In this document: positions 17,473 to 27,100 of the stretch, in pieces | Layout of the letters: each line of letters begins with the position of its first letter | Numbering within the stretch: the stretch's first letter is position 1 | Assembly (NCBI GenBank): GCA_041694815.1 | Contig: JBGFSC010000025.1 | Span: forward strand, 8,893-72,892 | Direction of reading: 5' to 3' | Source: Elusimicrobiota bacterium | GTDB taxonomy: Bacteria > Elusimicrobiota > Elusimicrobia > UBA1565 > JACRDR01 | DNA: 64,000 nucleotides | The notes under the pieces: generated by a model | What the model saw: only the letters and a program-made list of their open reading frames with translations | Databases searched by the model: none | Told to the model about the DNA's origin: nothing | Position numbers and translations under genes: made by a program

Positions 17473-19249
17473 GCAGAACCAGGAAAAATTCGCAGCCGCG
17501 GCCCACGCTCGATTTGACCCCGACGCGCCCGCCGTGCGCCTCGACGACGTTCTTGACGTAGGCGAGACCCAGGCCCATCCCGTCGACCTGTCCCGTGAAA
17601 TCGCCGTCGACTTGGTAGAATTTCCTAAACAAGCGCGGGTGCTCTTCCTCGGGAATACCGGGCCCGTTGTCGACGACCGATATCCGCACGCCGCCGTCCT
17701 CCTCGGCAGCGTGAATATCCACCCGCCGGTCTTCTTTAGGGTTGAACTTGATCGCGTTCTCGATGAGATTGCGTACCGCCTCCTTGAGGCGGTAGAGGTC
17801 GCCCAAAAACGGCGGGGCCGCGCGCAGGGCGGCGGCGTCGAAGCTCACGCGCGCCTTTTTTTCCGCGGCGTAGTCCTCCGCCGCCTTGCAGGCCTGCTCG
17901 ACTAAGGCCTGCACCTCCGAGGGCTTCTTGTCTAAGACCAGCATCTCCGGATTGTAGACGGAGGCGAAGAAGAGCAGCTTGTCGACCATCGCGTTGAGCT
18001 TCTGCTGCTGGTTGACGAGCGATTGCAGTATCTGCCTTTGCGGCCCCTTGAGACCGGTCAGCTCGGCCAGGAGTATGTCGAGGTAACCCATCGACGCCAT
18101 CAAGGGGGTGCGGACCTTGTGAGAGATGAGGGATAAGACGCTGCGCGCGAGCACCTCCTCGCGCTTTTCCGAAGTCGCGTCGCGGAACACCCATAGGAAC
18201 CCGGCCGAGGCGGCCTGCGGGCCCAGGCGGTCCCGGGTCCCCGCCAGGATCAGCAATTGGGGCTCCTTGCGGCTGAACTCGAAATTGGCGCTGCGGCCAT
18301 CGGCCCGGAAAAGCTCGTCGATGGGCGTTCCCTGGAACCGGGAAAGGGCCTCTTGGATCGTCTTCGGCGCCGACTCCACGGGCGACGCCGAAGAATCGCC
18401 GAAGCCGAAGAGGCGGCGCGCCGTCTCGTTGAGCAGCAGGAAGCGCCCCTCGGGATCGGTCAAGGCCATGCCCTCGTGCGTCTCCGAAAATAGGGTCGTC
18501 CATTTTTCCTTTTCTTCCTTAATGGCGGCGAAGGCGAGCGCGTTGGCCACGGCCATCTCGTTGAAGGCCCGAGCGAGCGTGCCGATCTCGTCTTGGCTCC
18601 TCCATTCCACTTGAGCGCCAAGGTTTCCCCGCCCGATCTCGCGCGCGGCGGAAGCGAGCAGCGGCAAAGGGCGCGTGATCCAGCCCACGATCATCACCGT
18701 TCCTACCACCGCCGCGAGAATGGCGACGGCGGTGATTACGAGTATCTGCCGCTTCGAGGAGCGCAGCGCCTCCTCGACCGAATCCCGGGTGAAGCCCATG
18801 CGCACGGTCCCCACGCGGCGCTCGCGCACGGCCACGGGAACCGCCAGGTCGAAATACTCGACGCCGTCGGCCGCGCGGTACTGCTGCAGCAGGCTGCCGC
18901 GGCTGGCCCTGGCCTTCAAACCCTCGGCGGTTTGGTCGATCTCGCCCACGTGGGCCGGATCGGAATGGGACATGATCTTGCCGTCGGTATCCATTACCTC
19001 GGCATAGACCACCCCCTCCTCATTGAGCAGCTCCTGGACGGTGAAATGCAGGGCGAAGGGCTCGAGTTTCGGGAAGATCGCCTCGCGGCAGGAGCGCGAG
19101 AAGGCCTCGGCCCGCACCCGCATTTGCCCGATGAAGCCCAGCCGGGCATTTTCCAGGATCCGATGCGCCATCAGTCCGATCACCCCCAAAACCAGCAGGG
19201 AGCTCAAGAGCGACAATTTGAACGCGATGCTGCGCAAGGGGTTCTTCAT
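17462..19249 (-). CDS. Membrane sensor histidine kinase (periplasmic domain-TM-HAMP-PAS-HisKA-HATPase)
   Basis: Two TM segments, a HAMP domain (ITRPLPLLASAAREIGRGNLGAQVEWRSQDEIGTLARAFNEM), the H-box LISHKVRTPL, and an HATPase (NLIENAIKFNP, DNGPGI, GMGLGLAYV). Its start overlaps the stop of the upstream gene (TGATG). Confidence 0.9.
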   Translation of the reverse strand: MKNPLRSIAFKLSLLSSLLVLGVIGLMAHRILENARLGFIGQMRVRAEAFSRSCREAIFPKLEPFALHFTVQELLNEEGVVYAEVMDTDGKIMSHSDPAHVGEIDQTAEGLKARASRGSLLQQYRAADGVEYFDLAVPVAVRERRVGTVRMGFTRDSVEEALRSSKRQILVITAVAILAAVVGTVMIVGWITRPLPLLASAAREIGRGNLGAQVEWRSQDEIGTLARAFNEMAVANALAFAAIKEEKEKWTTLFSETHEGMALTDPEGRFLLLNETARRLFGFGDSSASPVESAPKTIQEALSRFQGTPIDELFRADGRSANFEFSRKEPQLLILAGTRDRLGPQAASAGFLWVFRDATSEKREEVLARSVLSLISHKVRTPLMASMGYLDILLAELTGLKGPQRQILQSLVNQQQKLNAMVDKLLFFASVYNPEMLVLDKKPSEVQALVEQACKAAEDYAAEKKARVSFDAAALRAAPPFLGDLYRLKEAVRNLIENAIKFNPKEDRRVDIHAAEEDGGVRISVVDNGPGIPEEEHPRLFRKFYQVDGDFTGQVDGMGLGLAYVKNVVEAHGGRVGVKSSVGRGCEFFLVLPKA

Positions 19250-21474
19250 CAGTACAAGACGGCGATCTTAAAGCGCTGGGTGTCGCTGCGGCCCGCATAG
19301 GCCTTGCGGATCTGGGCGATATACCCGCCGGGCGCCACTCGGCGGCCCGCGTCGTTGGAGCCGTTCCAAGTCCACACCTGGTTGCCGGCCGCATCCACGC
19401 GCCGGGACTCCTCATGCACCAGATCCCCTTGGAGAGTGTAGATGCGCAAGGTGACGTCGGCGGCCTCCTCGAGCGAGAAGCCGATGTTCGTGGGGCCCGT
19501 CTGCGGATCGAATGGATTGGGCCAGTTATAGGGCTTGGAAATCCGTGCCGCTTGGGCCGGCACGAAGACGCTCACGGGAGGGCTCGAATCCGAGAAGCTG
19601 CTGCTCAAATCGGCGTTGCTCTGCGCCCGGACCCTGGCGTAGTAGGTCCGCCCCGTCGCCAGGCCGGCCACCGTATAACTCAAGACGTTGCCGACGTTGA
19701 CGCTCGCGAAATCCGCGGTACCCGGGATGGTGCCGATCTCGAAGACGTAGTATTGGATGCCCGAAGCGCTACTGGCCGCGCTCCAACGGAAGGTGGCGGT
19801 GCCGTCATAGGAAAAAGGGCTGTCCGCTCTGGGTGCGCCGGGAGGCTGCGGCGGCACGGTGCTCGTCGCGATCGAAAAGGTCTGCGTGAAGGGGGTTCGG
19901 ATGCCGTCCGAATTGACGGCGCGCACGCGCAGGTAATATACGGTTTCCGGGGTCAGGCCGCCGGGCGAGGAGGACAGGCCCACGACGAAACCCGTCTGCG
20001 CCGCGGCGCTGAAATCGGAGACGGTCGACAGCCACACCTCGTAGGTGGTCGAGGAATGGTTTGGCGGTGAGCCCGGGCCCCAATTGAAGGTCAGGCCCGT
20101 CTGCTGCACCGCGCTAAAGGTCGAGACCCCCGAGGGCGGGCCCGGCGTGTTGGCCAGGGTGTGGGTTGTAACGACCAAAGATGGCAAGCTGTCTCCCCAA
20201 TCCGTGAAGGCGGTGATAAAGCGGGAATAGGTGGTGTTCGGGAGCAGGCCCTCTTCGATCACCGACGACACGGTGCTCAGGACGCTTTTTTGCGGGGAGG
20301 GCAACGGCGGCAGAGAGGAGGAGGCATGGACATGGAATTCCCGTATCCCCGAAACGCCATCCCCCCAGGCGAGCGAAGAATTCCAACTCCACGTGATCGA
20401 GGTGATAAACACGGGGCCGACCGCGACGTTAGAGGGCGAGGACGCGATGATGCCGAAGCTGATCGTCCCGGTGGAACCGTTGTTGACCGTACCCGTGGAT
20501 TCGAAATTCCCCGTTCCTCCGCCCTTGCCCCCGACGAATCCTATCGCCGTCGATAAGATGATGGAGAAGCTCGAGGGAGAAACGTAATATAACTTTATCC
20601 GCCCCCCGGCCCCGCCCCCACCGGGATTGAGAGTGCCCCCCGCAGGAGTTTGAACATGGCCGCCGTTGCCTCCTTTCGCGGAAAGAGAACCGGAGCCGCC
20701 AAACCAGGCGTATCCCGGCGCGCGAATGACAATGCCCCCGCCCCCGCCGCCGCCCCCGCCCCCCGGATGATTGCCGACATTTAAATCCGTAGCCGAGGCT
20801 CCGGCGGCTCCGTCGGCCAGAACGCTTCCGTTGCCGGCGAACGTAATAGAACTTGCCTCCAAATAAACGCTGGCACCACCCGGTCCGCCCGCGCCGCTCG
20901 AGGCATTGGCATTATCGCCGCCCCCTCCGCCGCCGCCGCCGGAACCCATGGCGGCATCGTCGCGGGAAATCGGCAAGGTTACCGTTCCACTTGAAAAATA
21001 CGCGGCACCCCCGGCCCCTCCCCCACTCCCCCCGCCTTGGCCACCGGAATTGCCGTACCCTCCGCCGCCGCCGCCCTTATACAAAGCGCCGCCGGCGCCC
21101 GCCCCCGACGGCCCAGCCCCAAGTCCCGTCGAACCGCTACTGCGTACGCCAGCGGCCCCGCTGGCCCCTCCGCTGCCACCGACAGTTCCGCCCCCGACTC
21201 CATTGATAGTGCCGAAAATCGATACCGTGGAGGCATAAATGACAAGCGGCGTGCCCTGATAAACGAAAACCGTTGTCCCCACGCCGATGGAGAACAAGCG
21301 TACGTTGGAGAATGTGCCTTGCAAGGTGTCGCCATTGCCGCACGTTTCGGCGGCTCCGCATACCGCCGAACCGTCGCAGATCAAATCCAAGCCCCCACAG
21401 TCGCGGCCCGCGATGATGGCCGCCTGCGCGGGCGGGCGCGCCAACAGCAAGAACAGCGAAAGCCAGGCTGTCAT
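19249..21474 (-). CDS. Secreted glycine-rich beta-helix-like / fibronectin-III surface protein with a FlgD-Ig / T9SS-type C-terminal domain
   Basis: Signal peptide MTAWLSLFLLLARPPAQA. The Gly-rich region contains runs of 6, 8 and 10 consecutive Gly alternating with short hydrophobic strands. FN3-like segments follow (PSNVAVGPVFITSITWSWN...; PPQPPGAPRADSPFSYDGTATFRWSA...). The C-terminus is NWPNPFDPQ...VTLRIYTLQGDLV...WTWNGSNDAGRRVAPGGYIAQI...FKIAVLY. Confidence 0.85.
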   Translation of the reverse strand: MTAWLSLFLLLARPPAQAAIIAGRDCGGLDLICDGSAVCGAAETCGNGDTLQGTFSNVRLFSIGVGTTVFVYQGTPLVIYASTVSIFGTINGVGGGTVGGSGGASGAAGVRSSGSTGLGAGPSGAGAGGALYKGGGGGGYGNSGGQGGGSGGGAGGAAYFSSGTVTLPISRDDAAMGSGGGGGGGGDNANASSGAGGPGGASVYLEASSITFAGNGSVLADGAAGASATDLNVGNHPGGGGGGGGGGIVIRAPGYAWFGGSGSLSAKGGNGGHVQTPAGGTLNPGGGGAGGRIKLYYVSPSSFSIILSTAIGFVGGKGGGTGNFESTGTVNNGSTGTISFGIIASSPSNVAVGPVFITSITWSWNSSLAWGDGVSGIREFHVHASSSLPPLPSPQKSVLSTVSSVIEEGLLPNTTYSRFITAFTDWGDSLPSLVVTTHTLANTPGPPSGVSTFSAVQQTGLTFNWGPGSPPNHSSTTYEVWLSTVSDFSAAAQTGFVVGLSSSPGGLTPETVYYLRVRAVNSDGIRTPFTQTFSIATSTVPPQPPGAPRADSPFSYDGTATFRWSAASSASGIQYYVFEIGTIPGTADFASVNVGNVLSYTVAGLATGRTYYARVRAQSNADLSSSFSDSSPPVSVFVPAQAARISKPYNWPNPFDPQTGPTNIGFSLEEAADVTLRIYTLQGDLVHEESRRVDAAGNQVWTWNGSNDAGRRVAPGGYIAQIRKAYAGRSDTQRFKIAVLY

Positions 21475-23300
21475 CGTGGGGATATTTTCAAGGCGGCGTC
21501 GACTTTTTCCTTGAGTTTCCGGGCGTTCTCATCGGCGGGATCCAAGGCGAAAATCTCGTTGAGCCTGGCCTGGGCTTCCTCGTAGCGGGCCTTGAGATAA
21601 CCGTCGACGGCCATATAGTACTTCTTCTCGATCTGCTTGCGAACCTCCTCCGACAACGGCGCCTTAAGCGTCCTCTGCAACTCGGAGATGCGGGAGCGAA
21701 CCTCCGTGTTTTGCGGGTCCTCCGACAACACGGCGTCGTAGGCGGCCAAGGCCTTGCCGACCTGCCCCGCGACCATCCAGCGTTCGCCCTCCTCGATCTT
21801 GGCCCCGATGAATCGCGTCCTGAGGCCCTCGACATCGCGCGCGGCCCGCGCCAGTTCCGGATCGCCAGGGACCAGCTTGGCGGCGCGCTCCGACTGCTGC
21901 AGCGCCTCGCGATAGCGGCCCTTCTCCGCCAAGGCCCTCGCCGAGGCCATGGCCGAGCGCGCCTGCTGGCGGGCGCGCTCGCGCCTTGCCCGCTCGGCCT
22001 CGGATTCGACCTGGCCCAAGGCGCGCTCGATCGCGGCGGTCGCCTCCCTCGCCTCGCGATGGCCGGGATCGACGTCGAGCACGTTCTTCCAGTAGGAAAG
22101 GCTGGCCACGAGATTGCCCCGGCGCTGCTGCTCGCGAGCCAACAACGCCATTCGCTCGGCGATCTGACGGTTGACGGCCTCCTCCACCTGGGAAAGCACC
22201 TCGCGTAGCCGCCGGCCGATGGAAAGGTCGTCGGGGTCCCAAAGCATCGCCGCCTCGAGGTCGCTGACAGCCTTGGAGTAATTATTGCGTTCGAGAGCCG
22301 CTTCCGCCTCCGCGCGGTAGGCCCGGGCCAGTCGCTTGGCCTCCTCCCGAGTCAGCTTCTGGATGCCGCGCCGGATGATTTCCTGGAGCTCCTCCGGGGT
22401 CTGGCCGAAAGCCAAGCGCAAGCTCATCTGATGGCTCAGGCCCAGATCGTGCAGCAAAATGGCGTAATCTACCTGCGTGTTGCCCCAGCGGAAACCCACC
22501 CCGGTCGAGATTCCCTTCTCCTGCATGCCGAGCCTGAGGGCGGCCATGCGTTCGCGCCAGAACTCCACCCCCCCTGAAGCCGAAGGCGACTGTCCCTCGG
22601 TGGAAGCGATCCTCGCGGCCGCGACCCAATGGAAACCCTGCGGCGATCCTCCCTCGTAGGCGGCGGAGCCGTCGAAGCGCCGCGGATACGAGATGGATTG
22701 GGAGATGAATCGGATCTCGGGCGCCACCGCGTTTTGATACAGGAGTCCCACCCGCAGGCGCGCCAGTGGCCGCGCCTGCGCTCCCAAATCGGCGCCCCAG
22801 CCCCCGGCGTTGGCGGTGTCAATCGTCTCGCGCACCCCTTTAAGGGCGAAACCGAGGCTCGTCGGGAAAAACGCCTTAAAGGCCTTGCCCCAAGCGCCAA
22901 TGAAGGCGGTTTGGGAAACGGAAAAATTACCGGGGCTGTCGGAGGGGCCCGAGCGCCGCTCGAACCCCCCGGAGGACTGCAGGAGGTATCCGGCGCCGAA
23001 CGCGCCCCATTTCTGGGTGGGGATCGCCGCGGCGGCGACGTCGAAGGCCGTATCTTCGAACAGGATCACATGCGTCGCCGTCAGCTCCGGTTTCTTCAGC
23101 GAGGCCAGGCCCGCCGGGTTCCAATAAATGGAGGAGGCGTCGTCGACGACGGCGCCGAAGGCTCCGCCGAGCGCCGACGCGCGGGCCCCGAGCTCCTGCC
23201 GGAGGAAGGCTCCCGGCTGGCCGGCGCTCGCGGCCGCCCGCGCCGATAAGGGCGTGCCGACCGACAATACGAACATCAATAAGGAAAATGTATTCCTCAA
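21471..23300 (-). CDS. PorV/PorQ-like outer-membrane barrel fused to a C-terminal TPR array
   Basis: The N-terminal motif GAFLRQELGARASALGGAFGAVVDDASSIYWNPAGLASL matches the PorV/PorQ family signature as I recall it. The C-terminal ~300 aa are TPR-like (YSKAVSDLEAAMLWDPDD, LSYWKNVLDVDPGHREA, YREALQQSERAAKLVPGD, ALAAYDAVLSEDPQN, YEEAQARLNEIFALDPADE). The start is uncertain: TTG at 23300 gives a good signal peptide (MRNTFSLLMFVLSVGTPLSARA), and alternatives are ATG at 23276 or TTG at 23354. The stop overlaps the next gene's start (ATGA). Confidence 0.8.
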   Translation of the reverse strand: MRNTFSLLMFVLSVGTPLSARAAASAGQPGAFLRQELGARASALGGAFGAVVDDASSIYWNPAGLASLKKPELTATHVILFEDTAFDVAAAAIPTQKWGAFGAGYLLQSSGGFERRSGPSDSPGNFSVSQTAFIGAWGKAFKAFFPTSLGFALKGVRETIDTANAGGWGADLGAQARPLARLRVGLLYQNAVAPEIRFISQSISYPRRFDGSAAYEGGSPQGFHWVAAARIASTEGQSPSASGGVEFWRERMAALRLGMQEKGISTGVGFRWGNTQVDYAILLHDLGLSHQMSLRLAFGQTPEELQEIIRRGIQKLTREEAKRLARAYRAEAEAALERNNYSKAVSDLEAAMLWDPDDLSIGRRLREVLSQVEEAVNRQIAERMALLAREQQRRGNLVASLSYWKNVLDVDPGHREAREATAAIERALGQVESEAERARRERARQQARSAMASARALAEKGRYREALQQSERAAKLVPGDPELARAARDVEGLRTRFIGAKIEEGERWMVAGQVGKALAAYDAVLSEDPQNTEVRSRISELQRTLKAPLSEEVRKQIEKKYYMAVDGYLKARYEEAQARLNEIFALDPADENARKLKEKVDAALKISPR

Positions 23301-23347
23301 TAGACCAGCTTCTCGGCGCCCGCATATTGTTAAGGGCCCGCGCCGAA

Positions 23348-23388
23348 TTGTCAAGGCGTGACAAAAATCCCATTGACAAAGTTTGACA
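23348..23388. promoter_or_regulatory. Candidate operator cluster in the divergent intergenic region
   Basis: An inverted repeat TTGTCA-aggcg-TGACAA (23348-23364) is followed by the direct repeat TTGACAaagtTTGACA (23373-23388, 10-bp period). Confidence 0.4.
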
Positions 23389-23421
23389 TGGGAACCATCC
23401 TATAGGTCGCATCGGAGGCGC

Positions 23422-24096
23422 ATGGCCCGGATACTGAGCATCGAAGATGACGCCGAGCTGCAGCATCTCATCGGCCTGACCCTGCACGGCAACGGCTACG
23501 AGGTGCATTACGCCTTCACCGGCAAGGAAGGGTACGAAAAAATCCTTTCCCTCCATCCGCATTTGATCATCCTCGACCTCATGCTGCCTGTCATGAACGG
23601 CATCGAGGTCATGAAGGCCCTCAAGGAGAACAAGAGCGTGACCGATATTCCGGTCATCGTCATCACCGCCTTCGGCGACGAAGTCAGCATGCTCGAGCAC
23701 TCGGTCAAGGCCCTGGGCGCGGTGGAATACCTGCGCAAGCCGATCGAAATGCCCCGTTTGCTCAGCCATATCAAGCGCGTCTTAGAATCCCACCCTACAC
23801 GCGAGAAGCCTAGCGCGGAGCTAAGAAAAGGAGCGGTTCGGGCCGACCCCCGTTTTAGGACCGTGTGGATCGACGATCGCTTGGTCGCGACTCTATCGGT
23901 CAAGCGCTTCGAGCTTCTCAAGGCTCTCATGGAACAGGATGGAGAAATAAAAAAGGATGAATTGTTAAGCAAAATTTCAGATGGAGAGAGCTCGATGTTC
24001 GCTCTCGAAAAGACCATACAACGGCTGCGGGAAGATTTAGGGACAGAAAGCAGAAGGATACAGACCACCTTCGGCGGCTACGAATTAATTGGCTGA
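23422..24096 (+). CDS. OmpR/PhoB-family response regulator
   Basis: GGAGG SD 4 nt before the ATG. The receiver domain has EDD...LIILDLMLPVMNG...VIVITA, and a C-terminal winged-helix follows (FRTVWIDDRLVATLSVKRFELLKALMEQDGEIKKDELL...GGYELI). Confidence 0.9.
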   Translation: MARILSIEDDAELQHLIGLTLHGNGYEVHYAFTGKEGYEKILSLHPHLIILDLMLPVMNGIEVMKALKENKSVTDIPVIVITAFGDEVSMLEHSVKALGAVEYLRKPIEMPRLLSHIKRVLESHPTREKPSAELRKGAVRADPRFRTVWIDDRLVATLSVKRFELLKALMEQDGEIKKDELLSKISDGESSMFALEKTIQRLREDLGTESRRIQTTFGGYELIG

Positions 24097-24176
24097 CAAC
24101 GCCTGACACCATAGGCCTTGATTGTGACGGCAGGCCCCCTTATTCTACCTATTAGCGTTTCTGACAAGACGCTGAC

Positions 24177-27100
24177 ATGCCTCCATTACGAACGCTTAAA
24201 GGCATTCTTTTGTGCGCGGCGTTGGCCCTGCCGGCCAAGGCCGAGTCCGCGTTTTCCTCACTCACGCCTTTGCCCGACGGCTATTTCGGGCATAGTCTGG
24301 CGGCCGCGCACGGCTTCTTATACCACTGCGGTGGCCTAAGCTCCAGCAACGGCATTGGCGACGGGGACAAGGTTTATTACGCCAAAATATTGGCCCCGGG
24401 GAAGATCGGACCTTGGCTCCAGGGCCCTGCCTTGCCCGAGCCTGCGTTTTTTCACGCCGGCGCCGCCTGGAACCGGACATTGTACGTGCTGGGGGGCTAT
24501 CATTTCCGAGACGGCTTCACGGTATCCGGCTCCGTTTACTACTCGAATCTCAACGAAGACGGCAGTCCGGGACCGTGGCACGCGACGGCCTCGCTGCCCG
24601 AAGGATTATTCCTCCACAGCGCCGCCGTATGGAACGGCACGCTGTACTTGACCGGTGGCTGGAGCGACGGCGGCCTGCTCAACAGCGTTTATTCGGCGGC
24701 AATCCGCGAAGACGGCAGCCTAGGTCCCTGGACTCCGCAAACGCCCCTGCCGCAAGGCGTCTACGCGCATACCACCGTGCAGGACGGGACGATCTATGTG
24801 ATCGGAGGGGCGATCCAAAACGGCACCCAGATCCACAACGGCGTCTATTTTTCGAAGATCAAGGCCGACCGCAATTTGTCCGAGTGGCAGAGCGGCACGC
24901 CGTTGCCCGAGGCGATAGCCAATCATATCTCGGCCGTCATCGGCGGCCGCGTCTATGTCGCCGGAGGCTGGACCGGCGCCCAGCCGACCGACGCGGTCCG
25001 CACGGCGCCGATACTCGCCGACAAATCCCTCGGCGACTGGCGCGAGGAGTCGCCGTTGCCGGTTAAGCTGTACTACCACGCCGGCGCCTCCGCGGACGGA
25101 GTACTCTACCTCAGCGGAGGCAATGACACCAATCAGCCAGTAAGCGCCGTCTACTCCTTCGTCGCGCCGGCGCCGCCCCCGCCGCCGCCAATCGCCGATC
25201 GCCTGCCTCCGCGCACGAACCTGGAGGTCGGCACGCCCCTGTTGGCCTCGGCCCCTCCGATCATTTCTCCTGAGACATTGCTGTCGCTCAGCGCGCAAGA
25301 TGATCGTGATACGGTAGGTGACGGCCTGGGCCTCGGCGTGCAGTCCTCCCAATTCTCGATCGACGGCGCCGCCTTCGCCGAGTACGCCTCCCCCCTATCG
25401 ATTGAATCCGACGGCGCACACGAATTACGGTATTTCAGCGTCGACAAGGCCGCCAATTCCGAGCCGGTGAAGGCCTGGGCCTTCCAGGTCGACGCGACAG
25501 CGCCGCAGACGACCCTACAGGTGGGCAGCCCGGTGATCTCGCTCTTCGGGATCGATCTCATCTCGACGAAGACCCCGCTGACACTCTCGGCCGTCGATCC
25601 CGTGGTCAATGGAACGGCCTCCGGGGTGGACATCATCCGCTACAGCCTCGACGATGGAACCGAGACGACCTATGCCGGCCCATTTTCCCTCCCGGAGGGC
25701 TGGCATACCCTGAGCTTCGGCGCCACGGACCGTATCGGCCATCGCGAAGGCCGGCAAACGGCGACCTTGCTCGCCGGCTCCCTTCTGGAAGACTCCATCG
25801 CCGGAATCGATTCGATCCGTCTCTCGGGCGGCGCCTCGTTGACGGGAACGGCGCGGACCAACGGGACCTTGACCCTCGAGGGTCGCTCGACGGTCAACGG
25901 CGACGCCTATGCGATGGCGGCCAGCGTCACGGGCAAGAGCGAAATCAAGGGGACCCTGCGCCAAGGGGCCGCGACCCTACCCTCCTCGTTGGACCTAACG
26001 GCGTTCCGCGCCTGGGCCGAGGCGCATCATGACAACGCACGGATCGCCGATCATCTCGCGGGCGGGACTCTCGCGCTCGATGGCAAAACGCGGCTGATCC
26101 TGCCGTCCGGCAGCTATTTCCTCTCGGGGCTCAAGCTCTCCGGCGGCGCGGAGCTGGAAATGTCTGGAACCGTGCACATTTTCCTCACGGGAGCTCTAGA
26201 CATCAGCGGCGACGGCGCCTTGAACGCCTCGGGAGACGCCAATTCGCTATGGATTTTCTCCGACCACGGCCAAGCGTCGATCGCCGGGAAGGGCCGCGCC
26301 GCCCTCCATCTCTACGCCCCGAACGCGGACATATCCATCACGGGTAGCGGGCAGATGGCGGGGCGCCTGCTCGGCAAAAGCGTCTTTCTCGCCGGCCGGG
26401 CCAGCCAGCCCTCGATGACGGCTCTGGCACCAGTCGAGCATCGCCCGGGCGCCGCCCAAAAAATTCGCGCCCCCAAACCGGTCGCCAAAGCCTCCTCGGC
26501 CGCTTCCTCGGTCAAGGCCTCGGCGCTGCCGGCGCTGCGCTTTGGCGACGGCTCGGCCTTCTCCCTCGTCCACGCCGGCGGCAGCGCCGTACGTTCCCAT
26601 CTGCGGCACGGGGTGGTCATTCCCGAGGGAGCCCTCCGAGCCCCCTCCGTAGCCATCTCCGTGGCTAAGGAAAACGCCGCCGCCGCAGAGCTCGAGCGCC
26701 GGCGCGCGGCGATGTCCGCGCGCTCCCTCGTCGAAGTGGGATCTCCAGTTTCCTACGGCCCGGAAGGGACTCGCTTCTCCAAGCCGGTCACCTTGGAGCT
26801 GGCCTACGAGCGCGCCCGACTTCCGGCGAATGTTTCCGAGAACCAACTGGCCGTGCATTACTGGAATCCGGCGACCGGCCAGTGGGAGGCACTCCCCTCG
26901 CAGGTGGACGCGCAGGCCCAGATCGTGCGCGCCCAGACGGATCATTTTTCGACCTATCAATTGTTGGCGGGCGGCAAGCCCTCCGCCTCCTCCTCCGGGC
27001 TCAGCCTCGGCGAGACCTACGTATTCCCCAACCCCGCGCGGGGCGGCGAGTCCCCGAAATTCCATATCGAATCCTCGGCCGACGCCGTGGATATCCGCGT

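Noticed and set aside
22927-23769. A 280-aa minus-strand ORF spanning the divergent intergenic region and the response-regulator gene
   Set aside because: It crosses the promoter/operator region and runs antisense to a motif-complete receiver domain. There is no supporting feature.
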